This document shows positions 11,339 through 23,008 of a stretch of DNA of 32,030 nt, one piece after another; positions within the stretch are counted from its first letter, which is position 1; each line of letters starts with the position of its first letter. Both the position numbers and the translations under genes were made by a program. The notes under the pieces were generated by a model that made no database searches, was not told where the DNA came from, and saw only the letters and a list, made by a program, of their open reading frames with translations. Source of the stretch: Conidiobolus incongruus B7586 (lineage: Eukaryota); the NCBI GenBank assembly GCA_000697335.1, contig JNEM01012111.1, positions 1 through 32,030 of the forward strand, in the 5' to 3' direction.

Positions 11339-11709
11339 TATACACAGCTATGTTTTAAAACTAATAAATATATTTTATACATTCATACTCAAATTATTAT
11401 AATGTCTGTAAATATTATTACTTTCTATTGTATATAGCGCAGGTACAGAGTTATTTGTTAGTATTATACACAATCCTGATAACCTTCATCATATGGTTTT
11501 TGTAATTCCCCATCCATTAGTATGCCTTCTTCACACCATTTAACTTAGGTTATGAATCACCTCAGATCTTCATCAATTTTCATAACATTATATTACAAAA
11601 TTGGCAATATTAGTTTAACATGAAGTGATGAAATTCATAATATAATATTAACTAATTCTTAACATTAATTGATATGATTTCAAAATAATAACTAAGTAAA
11701 TATCAATAT

Positions 11710-11873
11710 ATGTCTTTAAGTCAAAACCTAGATAAATATTTTAGGAAATATCCAGAATATCTCAGCGATATTGCTGATGTAAATTATACTGCTGATGGTG
11801 ATCCTCAGAAAGGATTCAGATCTCATACAGAAATGTTCAATGATAATATTACATTCAAAACAGATTTAGATAT
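11710..11873 (+). other. 5' part of an unknown ORF truncated by the LTR-like repeat copy B
   Basis: MSLSQNLDKYFRKYPEYLSDIADVNYTADGDPQKGFRSHTEMFNDNITFKTDLDI. The last 20 codons of the listed ORF (to 11937) are read-through into the repeat. Confidence 0.35.
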
Positions 11874-12210
11874 TGTCGCGGATTGGGAGGTCCGCTCGCC
11901 ATTCAACTTAAACTGTCTGTCAAGATTCCAGATGTAATCCACTCATAAATATCAAGAACAATCCTTGCACAATGGAAAATTCCAGACTATAGCAGAAGCT
12001 AGAGCCTCAACACATTAGCCAAGGATCAGCCACACTATAAAATAGTCACTGGACAGACATTTGCTAAATGATTACTTTGATCAAGGTTAAACCCTATATT
12101 TTGATATTTTAATAAAATTCCTCTAAAGTATCTAGTTAGCTGTCTTTAGCCTGTTTCATCAAACTCATGTGATCTTTATCACAAGACTACTTTCCAGAAG
12201 CCTTGCAATA
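11874..12210 (+). repeat. LTR-like direct repeat, copy B (less mutated)
   Basis: Begins TGTCGCGG and ends TTGCAATA, which can be derived from the inverted repeat CCGCGACA by C>T/G>A changes only. It has a TATAAAA box (12036) followed by AATAAA (12111). No adjacent PBS, PPT or gag/pol was seen. Confidence 0.85.
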
Positions 12211-15200
12211 TTTCAGAATTGATTAGTATCATTATTGTCGCAATTGCAACTATTTGACTACAACCCGCACCTCCTGTAAAAGGAAATGGTTCGATGTCAT
12301 AGGGTTCGTTCAAACTCCCTAAAATTACTCGATCTCGGCTTAATTCAATTTATTATCACAATTAATTCTTATACTATTACAGATATTTATACACCAATAG
12401 GTTCTTGATAAACCTTGGTTGTCAGTATTATGAATAAACTATTATAACGAAACATCATGAATACGATGCAACTCATTAATGTATCCCAACGACCATATAG
12501 TCGTACTTTAGCAATTTCGTTAGCCAGCCAACTAGTAGAACATTCACCTTTGATAGTAAGTAGTTTAATCCAAGCCATTGCGATTCGAATTATCTGAGAC
12601 ATCCAAACGATCACTTTCGATGAGCTGCTGACTGCAACAATTATAATCTAATTTTGTTGAGAATAATTAGCACTCAAGTTTAAATGATTCAAATCAAATA
12701 TTAATTGTTTAATTTCAATTGTAGTTCTCATCTTATTACATAGGTTACTATCTGGAATCGAGTCATTAAGTAATTTTGATAATATGCTGATAGAGTCATA
12801 GATTAAATTGACTAATTCATTTTACTAATTATTACAAAACCAAAACAATAATAATAATAATAATAGCATTTGATTAGTTATTTTATATCAATTATATAGT
12901 CCATTCAACTAGTTGTAGTTTTATCAACTAAACTGTTGTGATAACTCAACAATCTATCTTATTATTTGATTTGGTGCAACTTGATTAAATATACCCGATA
13001 TATTCCCAAGTCTTGCACTAATTATTATTAATCATAATACTTTGAACACTATCCAAATTAAATCCACAATTCTAATCATTACCTTATTAAATTTCATATC
13101 TATTTGATAATTATTACATGTTCTTTTGCCAAATTAAATTTCAAAAACTACCCTAGGTCAAGTTGTTGTAATTAGTTGTTACCTAAAATATCTATTTATC
13201 ACTTTAATTATTGATAATAGCTGTATGGACATAAATTTACACCTAGATATTATATCAAGAAAGTTACACATTACATAGGTTAAAAATTTACTAATATTTT
13301 CAAATTAGTACTTATCTTTTTCCATTATAAAAATTGATGATAAAAAATGAATTTAATATATTACTTAAACTATTATATAAATTAATTGTTTTGTATCAAT
13401 TTATATAATATATGTGTTATAATAGAAAGAATAAGGTAAAACTTTCTTAATAAAGCCGATATTTTTTGGTATTTATATCATGAATTATAAAGTTTAATTT
13501 TGATCCTAATATACGTCATGATAATTAATTGTGTTTTTATGAATGATGAAATATCTTTGATATCTTTTAAATTCAATCTATTTTTCATAAAAGAAAATAT
13601 ATCTCATATGATAAATTTATACCAAAGGATAAAAAAGAACAAAAGTTTTATCAATTACATCATGTACGATATAAATACTGAATAAAATCTTAATATTTTT
13701 AATATGTTTACCAAAGTTAAAGATTACTAAATTGAATTTAATAACTTCCTATTCATATTATATAAATTTATATATAAAAATCAATTGCTTTTTTGAGAAT
13801 GATATAAGTTAATAATTAAAGGTATTAATAAATAATTGACCCTATTAAAGTTTAAACTTTCAAAATGTTTTAAATTATAAATACTGATATATTTAAACAA
13901 AACACTATAAATAAAAAAGGTCTAATAAATTAATAATATTTATAAAAGCCCCTACCAAATAGCATAATTGTTGAATTATCATACCTGGATATTTATTAGA
14001 TATTTCAAACTTAAACCCCATACAAAAAACATATTAAAATTTTTGTATTTCAAAATTATTTTTCGATAAAAAAAATAAAATTTGGATTAGAAATACTAGA
14101 TTTAAAAAGATGGATTTTCCAAAGATCTTCAATAAGTGAAATATCTTGCATCATTTTTGGTTTTTCAAAATGTGGTAATGAAATATTTTTTGGATTTCAC
14201 ATGTTGTTTGATATGTATTTTGAAATTCTTCACTTTAAACTGCTGACTGTTTTAACATTCTGGTTATTATAACATTCTTAACAGTTGAAAAAACATTCCT
14301 AAAAGGTGATTATTTGAACAAATTGTGAGTTTTGATCATTTTTAGACAATTACAAATTATTTATAGATGGAAATATTGATTTAAATTATATGTTAAATCA
14401 TAATAATCATATCAGAAAACATACTATTTTTTATTAGATCTAATAATTCAACATTTAACAGAATATATATATATATATATTTAATTAGCTAAAATTATGA
14501 TATGTACAGCATCATTGGCTTCACTTTTAACAAAAGTTAATAAGAATTATGCGTTACATTTCCACTTTATTTTACAAAACTGAAATTGGAGGGTTTTCAA
14601 TGTATTAATTTGAATAAATGAGAACAATTTGAGAATAATAAATTAAGAAAACGAATTGTAAAATATAAAATCTGATAATGATAATGTGGTATAATAGTTG
14701 GCTATTAGATTAGATAATTGATTATATAGTTTAAACAGAGATTTATATGGAAAGAACGCCCTTTTATAATATGGATTTAAACCTTTAAACAATACCATAG
14801 TCAATATTTCAAATATCATAGTTAATTAAATATAATGCAAATGATTTCATAACAACAAAAATATATTTAATTAAAATAAAATGTATCAAAATTTTCAACA
14901 ACAAAATGCCAAGTTCTTAAGATACAATCCTTTACATTTTAACTATAATATTATTAAAAATTTTTTAAATTTTTTATATCAATAACATTTTATATTTCTA
15001 TATTTATACTAAGATTATTATATTATTATAATTTTATTTAAAGTAGAAAAATTATGAGAGAAATCATTTGATCGGATAATTTAAATACACTAATGATAAT
15101 GAAACATTTGGCTTAATTGACATGATTTTTTAATTAAAATTTTATACTCATAAAATATTATTGTATATTGAGTTAAAAATGATTTTTTTTAAAAATATAT

Positions 15201-16246
15201 CATAAAAAATATCATATGTTTTTTATAGTTTTTATATTATTTCTATTAGTTTTATTCAGATAATTAAATTTATATATTAAAATGTTCTATTTCTTGTTTT
15301 GGTAATTGACCTGAAATAAAAATTTTCCAGGTTAAATAAAAGTATTATTCTTAATAGAATTAAAACTACTGGGAAGATCAATGAAAATAATATTTAATTC
15401 TCCTTTTCATCTCGAATATATCAAAATTTTCTTTGATTTGTTTTTTAAGAAATTGGTGTATTACTGGTATAATTTGACGATAATTATATAATCCTCTGAA
15501 AATAGTATATGAGGAGATTCTCATTCTAATGCGGTACCCCAATCAATAAAATTAATTAATTAATTATGCTGTATTTCAAACAAGAGTATATTATATTTTA
15601 AACGATTAATGAATGAAATTAATAATATTGATTGTATGTTATAGAATGTAGATGAAATTATCTATAAATCGCTAGATCTATTATGAAAATTAAATAATAA
15701 ACAAAAATATAACTCTAGTATTCTATAATTTATAAATTTAATGAGAATATCAATAGGGCTAAATAAAGTTAATTGAGAGCATTTTAGTAATCATATTTTG
15801 ATTTAACACATTTGTACTAGTGTATTTGGGAAATTACTGATGCTGATTTGAGTGAGTGTGGAGGAAACTTAGGTGAATTAACTAAGTTTCTAATTTTACT
15901 TGGATTAGCGTGATTTCTGAATATTTTAATGTTAAATTTTAAATTCAAGTTCATAATTGGCAACTTCACCTAAGTTAATTCAGTTTGTTTCTTTTACTTA
16001 TTTAATTCTGCTTTTGAGCTCTTTGTATTTTTGTTTTCTTTTGTTTATTTTGTTTTTATTTTAACAGAAGGGACCTCATAAATACCATCCCTAACTGCTA
16101 TTTGAATTTATCTATTATTCAAACTTATCAATTTAGTTCTGATTCAGTATTATTCTATTAAGCAGCGTATTCTCGCTGTATAATAGACTTGCAATAATTC
16201 GATTTTAATATTAGTGTTTTAAATACTCAATAATTGGTTTAATATT

Positions 16247-19200
16247 ATGTTTGCTCTTAAATTTATCTACTTCATACTGATAACTTATACACATTTGGAT
16301 ATTATAATATGTGCTAACGCTTCAATACCTAGTATAAACTACAACAGATTAGGTGCTATAGGGCTTATAGGGAACTTTGAAGGGATCAGTACATTGAATG
16401 ATGCCAATCCTTCATCTTTACAACCAAATCAATCTGCTATACTAAAATACACCGATAACAAACTATTTCCAATAGGCTTGTTAGGCCCCAACTCACTCAT
16501 AACATCGTTCTGTTCTATTAGATCCAGTTCTAACTCGTCAAACACAATACTGTTTGCAGGCGGGAAACTTTCAGATATTGATTCTAACAAATTATCCAAC
16601 TTGGCAAAATATTCTACAACAACTAATAAATGGGAATCAGTAAAATGGGGGTTGCAGGGAATTGTATCGCATTTACTATGTCATGAAAAAGAACAATTGG
16701 TGACTATTGTGGGCACTTTTAAGAATTCGCTATTACCTGGTTTCATTTATTCACCTGAAACATCTAGCACTTTTACACCATCAATTATTCAGTATAATAT
16801 AACAGGTGATAATTGGATATCTTTTCCATTTAAAGGACTAAATGGACCTATTTACTCCATAGCACAAATTCCCAACTCAGACCGTATCTTAATTGGGGGC
16901 GATTTTCAGCGTACAGCTGACGGCGATTTGCATGCAAATGGAGCTCTTGCAAATCAAATTGATTTACGCTTAGCTAAAATCTATTCAGAAAATATGATTA
17001 GAGGAATTCCAAGCTCTCCCAATAATGTAGTGTGTGGCAAAGATTCCTGGCTGCTACAGGATCATACCAAAGGCTCCATTCGATTCGACTTTCCATATCC
17101 TGTGAAATTTGTTGGCATTCAACTCATTAATTCTGATTTGGCAGATCGTGGTACAAAACAATTCAGTGTTATGGCCACTCCTTCCAACCAATTCTATAAC
17201 ATTTCCTACATTGATGCTCAAAACAATTGGTCAAATTGTGGCTCTAATTGTCCTTTGCAACAAAATCCAGGTGCTGTTCAAACATTTTATTTCTTAAATA
17301 GTAGCGTTCCTGCTACACCAGGTATCCAGATTAACATTCATGAATGGTATGGTATTGGTGGTGGATTGAGTTCGGTTAAATTATTTGTTGAAGAAGCTGA
17401 AAGCCTTGCTCAAGCTACTCTTTATACCACAAACTGCCCTGAATTGCAGGGCCAAGTACAGAGTGCTATAAGAGGCCATTGGCAAACCTCTAGCTATCCT
17501 AATACCAATCAGCTCTATTTATCTTATAGCTACAAAACTGATCAATCCAACTGGAATAACATCAATCAAACAATCAGTTTAATTCATCCTACCATTCCTG
17601 AATTCGGTAAATATAATCTCCAACTTACCTTCCCACCATGCAGTCAACAAGAATGCAAAAGGAGAGGTCAATTGCAGGTAACCATTACGGATAACTCAGA
17701 GGCAAAGGTTTGGGGCTCGAGCATTGTTGATCTCAGCTCAGGAAAATCATCTGCCACTATCTATGAAGGATTTCTACCACCCTCGGGCAATAATGCTGGT
17801 CCTAAAGTATTCATTCGGCCTGTTGTTCTCACAAATTCCCAAAGTGAGCTTCATGTTATGGTTCAAAGCATTAGAGTCAACCGACTCGCTAGTAAAACTG
17901 ACATGAATGGAATTTTATCAGTTTACACCACTCCCAAATCGGATCTTTCATTAAATATGCAGGACATAGAAAGCGCACTTTTCCCTGAATATCCTACAGG
18001 TGTACCGTCTGGATTCCGCACCACGGCTTTAACTTTTGCAAATAATACTCGTGCAATAATTGCTGGCGACGTACCTCAAGATGGTGACCGTAGTCTCAAG
18101 ATGTTTATCTCGCAGGGCTCTGACATTGAACCTATTCAGTTTGAAGAAGGTCATGGTGTCATTGCACATTTGATATTCGCGCCCAACGCTAACAATACTG
18201 TCTTTGTTGGTGGTGCATTCAAACTCAAATCAAATGACCAATTAATTGAAAACCTTGGACTATATAATTTCACTACAAAGAAATGGATGTCTATTCCACG
18301 ACTTCAAGTAATCACTCTTGCGAATATGGTCAGCAAAGACGATGCGTTGTATTTGGTTGGTAAATTCATTGTAGGAGAAACTTTCAAATCAGGACTAGGA
18401 ACTCAGTTGAACTTTGTCAAAATTGATCAACGCACACTTGAACTAACATCCGATACCCTCATTGCTGGAGATGTCAAATCCATCGGAGTTGACCAAAGTA
18501 GCATCTACTTCAATGGTCAATTCAATAGTGTACAATCCCATCGCACTCCAGGACTAGCAATACTTGGTTCTAATGGCTTAGTTTCCAATACTCATAGTAT
18601 CGATGAGCCTTCAGGTTCCTTCTTGAACTGGGGTCAAATTCATACCGCTGCTTTTTACAATTTGAACTCTGAACAACATTATTTACACAACCAAACTCTA
18701 ACAGTTGTTGCAGGTAATTTCGAATCAGAAAAAATTTCAAAAGTGGCTATCTTAGACAATGGAAATTGGAGATCTTTATTCGAAAAAGGCGAAGTTAGAG
18801 GTAATGTTAGCTGCATTGAGTTTAGTGGTAATAGGATGTTAATCGGTGGTAACATTGAAAATAAGAAAGGCGATCGATCTCTATTAATGTATGATTTGGA
18901 TAAAAAGCAAATGATATCACCACCTCCTGCTTTACAGATGAAAGATCCCAACTTCAATTCCAACCTAATTGTGAGAGCTCTTTTGAGATTGCACGACTCT
19001 TCAACCATTGTTGCTGCTGGATATTTTGACACAGCAGCAGGAATCTCGTGCCCCAATATGTGCTTTTATGATACACAAAAGGAAACTTGGTCTGCTCCCG
19101 AATCCTATAATGGTAAACTTCCAGAGTTTGCTCAGTTAGCCCTTTTTGAAGATTGGATCGTATTACTACCCACTCCACAATCGAACCTCTCTTATCTTTT

Positions 19201-20443
19201 TGGTTACAATATCAAATCTAAACAATGGGCCCAATTTGGACAAGAGCTCCCTGGAATTCCTACACTTGTGCATTATCATACTGATACAAACAAATTGTAT
19301 GTCTCTGGTTCATCTAAGACTTCCAATGGATCTTTATTTGTATCAGTATGGGATGGTCACAAATTTGTTCCAGTCCTTGATAAGCTATCTGCCAGTAAAA
19401 ACATTCAAAGTCTACTTGTTGTTCCTGTTACTGGCTCTTCTTCCCCTCCCACGAACTTGGATTTGTCTAATGAATTGCCCAATGGATTGGGATTACTCAT
19501 CTCAGGTGATCTAATTATCAGTTCTAATCCTCAGACTTACTCCTCAGTACTCTATTACCAGGGTCAATACTATCCTCACACCATCGCAAGCCCTGTACCT
19601 ACTCTTGCTAAGTTGATTAGCACTCTTCCCTACCGTACACTTGATGAACTCTCATTGCCTTTGCCTTTAATTATCTTGATATCACTTGCGATTTCATTGA
19701 CTATTGTTAGTTTTATTGTATGCACTGGATTAGGAATTCTTTGGTATCGCAATCACAAAACCTATCGTACTCACCAAAATAACATGTTACCATTCGTCAA
19801 CAGCAATGAATTCTTACTCCATCCTTCCATATTTGACTCTAACTCTCAACCATCACCTGACTTAACCGAGAAGAAAAACGCTGGAATCAAAGTTCATAAT
19901 GTGGAAAGTAATTCTACACAAATGCCCAGTTTGCTTCAAAATCAGCAAGAATTCAGTCCTATTGAGTCAGAAACTGTTGTTAACAGTGACCATCAACCCC
20001 ATATGGAAGTGAGAAGACTCGATGATTTGCCAAGTCACGACACATCATACGACTCCTTACCTCAACGACCCCAATCAATTGCTGCCCTTACTGCTTCCAC
20101 CACCTTCCGAAGTGTCCACAACTCCCTCACTCCTTCTAGTCGTGTTAGAGATTCAAGTGGTGATATCACCAAAAGTGGATCTGTCACTACTTCAACAGAG
20201 GGCTTCACAGCTGAATCACCCTCCCGCAAAGCAATGAATCGTCTGAGCGAAGCATTCCCTAATCTTATCGCCTCAAGCAAGCCCCAGAGAGCTTCCATTA
20301 ACACCTCGTCACCAACCCGTCTCCCTATCAAAAACATCCCAGTCAAGCGCGTCTCTCAAGCTGTCACGCTCCCTGAGTTCTCGATTACCAAGACAATGGA
20401 TCAAAGTAATAGGAGTAGTTACAGACAGGAAGTTGAAGAATAA
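16247..20443 (+). CDS. RAX2: Rax2-like polarity/bud-site cortical marker (type I membrane protein), 1398 aa, single exon
   Basis: Signal peptide followed by LGAIGLIGNFEGIS and beta-propeller-type repeats (LFAGG, ILIGGDF, VFVGGAF, VAAGYFDTAAGISCPNMC). One TM helix (LIILISLAISLTIVSFIVCTGLGILWY), then a Ser-rich cytosolic tail. This matches Rax2 family architecture. Confidence 0.85.
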   Translation: MFALKFIYFILITYTHLDIIICANASIPSINYNRLGAIGLIGNFEGISTLNDANPSSLQPNQSAILKYTDNKLFPIGLLGPNSLITSFCSIRSSSNSSNTILFAGGKLSDIDSNKLSNLAKYSTTTNKWESVKWGLQGIVSHLLCHEKEQLVTIVGTFKNSLLPGFIYSPETSSTFTPSIIQYNITGDNWISFPFKGLNGPIYSIAQIPNSDRILIGGDFQRTADGDLHANGALANQIDLRLAKIYSENMIRGIPSSPNNVVCGKDSWLLQDHTKGSIRFDFPYPVKFVGIQLINSDLADRGTKQFSVMATPSNQFYNISYIDAQNNWSNCGSNCPLQQNPGAVQTFYFLNSSVPATPGIQINIHEWYGIGGGLSSVKLFVEEAESLAQATLYTTNCPELQGQVQSAIRGHWQTSSYPNTNQLYLSYSYKTDQSNWNNINQTISLIHPTIPEFGKYNLQLTFPPCSQQECKRRGQLQVTITDNSEAKVWGSSIVDLSSGKSSATIYEGFLPPSGNNAGPKVFIRPVVLTNSQSELHVMVQSIRVNRLASKTDMNGILSVYTTPKSDLSLNMQDIESALFPEYPTGVPSGFRTTALTFANNTRAIIAGDVPQDGDRSLKMFISQGSDIEPIQFEEGHGVIAHLIFAPNANNTVFVGGAFKLKSNDQLIENLGLYNFTTKKWMSIPRLQVITLANMVSKDDALYLVGKFIVGETFKSGLGTQLNFVKIDQRTLELTSDTLIAGDVKSIGVDQSSIYFNGQFNSVQSHRTPGLAILGSNGLVSNTHSIDEPSGSFLNWGQIHTAAFYNLNSEQHYLHNQTLTVVAGNFESEKISKVAILDNGNWRSLFEKGEVRGNVSCIEFSGNRMLIGGNIENKKGDRSLLMYDLDKKQMISPPPALQMKDPNFNSNLIVRALLRLHDSSTIVAAGYFDTAAGISCPNMCFYDTQKETWSAPESYNGKLPEFAQLALFEDWIVLLPTPQSNLSYLFGYNIKSKQWAQFGQELPGIPTLVHYHTDTNKLYVSGSSKTSNGSLFVSVWDGHKFVPVLDKLSASKNIQSLLVVPVTGSSSPPTNLDLSNELPNGLGLLISGDLIISSNPQTYSSVLYYQGQYYPHTIASPVPTLAKLISTLPYRTLDELSLPLPLIILISLAISLTIVSFIVCTGLGILWYRNHKTYRTHQNNMLPFVNSNEFLLHPSIFDSNSQPSPDLTEKKNAGIKVHNVESNSTQMPSLLQNQQEFSPIESETVVNSDHQPHMEVRRLDDLPSHDTSYDSLPQRPQSIAALTASTTFRSVHNSLTPSSRVRDSSGDITKSGSVTTSTEGFTAESPSRKAMNRLSEAFPNLIASSKPQRASINTSSPTRLPIKNIPVKRVSQAVTLPEFSITKTMDQSNRSSYRQEVEE

Positions 20444-20980
20444 GTTAATGTTTTAAACTCGACAAATATTTATTATAATCCATTATAACATAATATAATA
20501 ATAGAACAATACTAATTAATTAATTAATTAATCAACATAATAAGCAATCAATAATAAAATCATAATCAAAATATATTGTACATTGTCTTCTTTATATACA
20601 GGAAAATCCTGTCATTATTAATAATATAGTTAATGTCATCCAATATTAAAAATTGAATATTAATCAAGTATTCATTCAAATGATAAACTTGAAAAACTAT
20701 GAAAATATATGTGACATTAAACTTGATTGTTTTGTTATTAAGTAATGCATTTCGTTATAATGACGAAATACCTATTGAATAAATTAATAATTTTATAACA
20801 ATCTCTGTCTTTTATCTGAGTATCCTGTATTCTGATCCCACAACTGAATTGAATTGATATTGATTTTATATATTCAAGTGAACTTGTAAAATATTAAAAG
20901 CATAAAAGAAATATATTATTCAATATTCTATTCATTAATCAATACACATATTTAGCTGATTTCAATAATTGATATCAATT

Positions 20981-22056
20981 ATGATGAGTGTATGGTTGAT
21001 ATTTCTCATTGGGTTACTAATAGCTAACAGTTTCTTATATTATTGTCTCACTCGCATCAAATTAGCTTTCGCACCATATAACCTAGATGTCCAAAGAGAG
21101 AGTTTAAATTCCAAACAATTTGGAAACATGGCCATCGTCACAGCTCATCCTGATGATGAAATTATGTTCTTTGGACCTACTATAGTCAATTGGTTGAAAT
21201 ATCAGAATAGAAAGGTGTTTATTTTGTGCTTATCTTCAGGTAATTTTATTAATATTGAAAATAACAATTAAACTAATGATTTAATAGGGAATGCTGACGG
21301 TTTAGGAGAAATTAGAAAAAAAAGCATTAATCAAGTGTGCTGAATACTTGGGTATCCCTAAGAAGAATATTCATTTAATAGAACACGAGTAAATATTGTA
21401 ATTAATTTATTAATGTATCATATTAATTCTATTCTAGTCAATTGCAAGATGGTCAAGATACCTTATGGCCTAATAAAGTCATTAATGATATTGTCGAGCC
21501 TTTCATTATTAAGCATAAAATTAGAACTGTGAGATTATTGAATTGTATAACAAATATTAATATTAATATTAATTATATTTTATAGGTTTTTACTTTTGAT
21601 ACTAGAGGTGTTTCGGGTCATATTAATCATATCGCTTTGAGGGTTGCTTTAGGGTAATAATTATTCTATTTTATAATATATTAGCATTGATACTAATACA
21701 ATTACAATAGCCGCATCATAGCCGATTCTCCTACTCTTTTAAAACTAGAAAAAATTCCAGCAATCTATTCTCTCACTACAGTGTCCTTATTCCGCAAATA
21801 CACCTCACTAATGGACCTTATCTTTAGTCTTGGTGAAGTGAAATTCGATTTGCAATCCATCATCCGCCATCCCAATGTCCAATATCCCAAAGTGCCCAAG
21901 AGCTTATTCTTTTTAAACAACTACAGTGATTGGTCCAAATGCAGGAAAGCTATGAAGCAGCACCAATCTCAAATGGTATGGTTCAGACATCTGTATATAT
22001 TATTCTCAAGATACATGTTTATTAATAACTTACAGCTGATCGAACCTGAAGCTTAA
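20981..22056 (+). CDS. GPI12: N-acetylglucosaminyl-phosphatidylinositol de-N-acetylase (PIG-L/Gpi12), 5 exons; apparent +1 frameshift in exon 2
   Basis: N-terminal TM, TAHPDDEIMFFGPT, CLSSGNADGLGEIR, QLQDG, TFDTRGVSGHINH and AMKQHQSQMVWFRHLYILFSRYMFIN. GT-AG introns at 21240-21287, 21389-21437, 21529-21585 and 21654-21710. Confidence 0.92.
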
Positions 22057-22265
22057 TTAATTATTATTAGAATAAGTTTATTATTTTCATTATAAATATC
22101 TATAATTTTTGAAATATCAATTAGTATTTCAATTGTTATTTATAAAATAATAAATATTTTATGGGTTTTAAATTGAATTTAGCAGTCCCAAAATTTAAAT
22201 TTTAAAATTTTAAAAGATTAAATGTCAGCCTCAGACTTGAATTTCAATCTAGTTTAAGTATAAAA

Positions 22266-22721
22266 ATGATTAATATCAAGGACAAACTACTTAACACAAC
22301 TCTATCAATCTCCCTCAGTGTCATATTCCTACCCATCATCTTCACAGTTGTGTGCATTATCGGCAGCTGGGGCCTGATGACAGCAATTGTAGCATTCAAC
22401 ATCATTCTCATTTACTTGAGCATTGTGTTCATCAAATCTGGCCTTCAATTCATTTACGACCTTATTCTCTGGTGCATTGAACCCGATCCCGAACTTGAAT
22501 TAATCAGGTACCAGATCGAACAAGCCAAGCAAAATCACACTAATCCGAGTAATATGATATCTGGCACAGGAGACAGGAAACCTCGGAAGACACTGGGAGA
22601 TTTGGTGGAGGATAGGATTATGGAGAGGCGACATGTACTCCTGAATAAGTTCTTTAATAATGGCGATCGTATGTTAACGATGAGTCCCGAACCTGTTAGT
22701 GATTATAGGGGCTTAAGTTAG
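22266..22721 (+). CDS. Hypothetical membrane protein, 151 aa (long N-terminal hydrophobic segment, ~2 TM or hairpin)
   Basis: Intact ATG-TAG ORF with GC and codon style like neighbouring host genes. Hydrophobic residues ~13-70, charged C-terminus. Family not recognised. Confidence 0.7.
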   Translation: MINIKDKLLNTTLSISLSVIFLPIIFTVVCIIGSWGLMTAIVAFNIILIYLSIVFIKSGLQFIYDLILWCIEPDPELELIRYQIEQAKQNHTNPSNMISGTGDRKPRKTLGDLVEDRIMERRHVLLNKFFNNGDRMLTMSPEPVSDYRGLS

Positions 22722-23008
22722 TAGATTGAAATAAAGTCTGTGATTGTATTTTATGTTTGAATTATTTGTCCACTTTTCTTAAATCATACTTTTGACTTTA
22801 GTTATTAATTATTAATTAATTCCATGTTTTAAAGAAATTTTAAAAATTATTACTCTCATATCAAGTGAACATTTATTAAATAAAATTTAAAAAATATATT
22901 TATTACTTAACAATCTTAAAAAACTGAATATATATATATATAAAGATATCTAAAACAAAGGTAGCAACATTGATTAAATAATTGTAACGATAAATGATTG
23001 GAATAGGA

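Noticed and set aside
7442..12210. Call as a canonical full-length LTR retrotransposon
   Set aside because: No gag, protease, RT, RNase H or integrase remnants, no PBS or PPT next to the repeats, and no unambiguous TSD.
12387..12820. Listed minus-strand ORF (75 aa), whose frame extends upstream past one stop
   Set aside because: No ATG start, no recognisable motif. It may be a decayed gene, but I cannot support a call.
13900..14060. SNLNPIQ resembling the Tc1/IS630 SPDLNPIE motif
   Set aside because: One short degenerate motif only. No TIRs or other catalytic motifs could be established.
17109..20346. Short alternative-frame and antisense ORFs within RAX2 (and similar ones inside SEC8, the LIM gene and GYP1)
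   Set aside because: Expected shadows of long coding exons, or exon-plus-intron read-through. No independent support.
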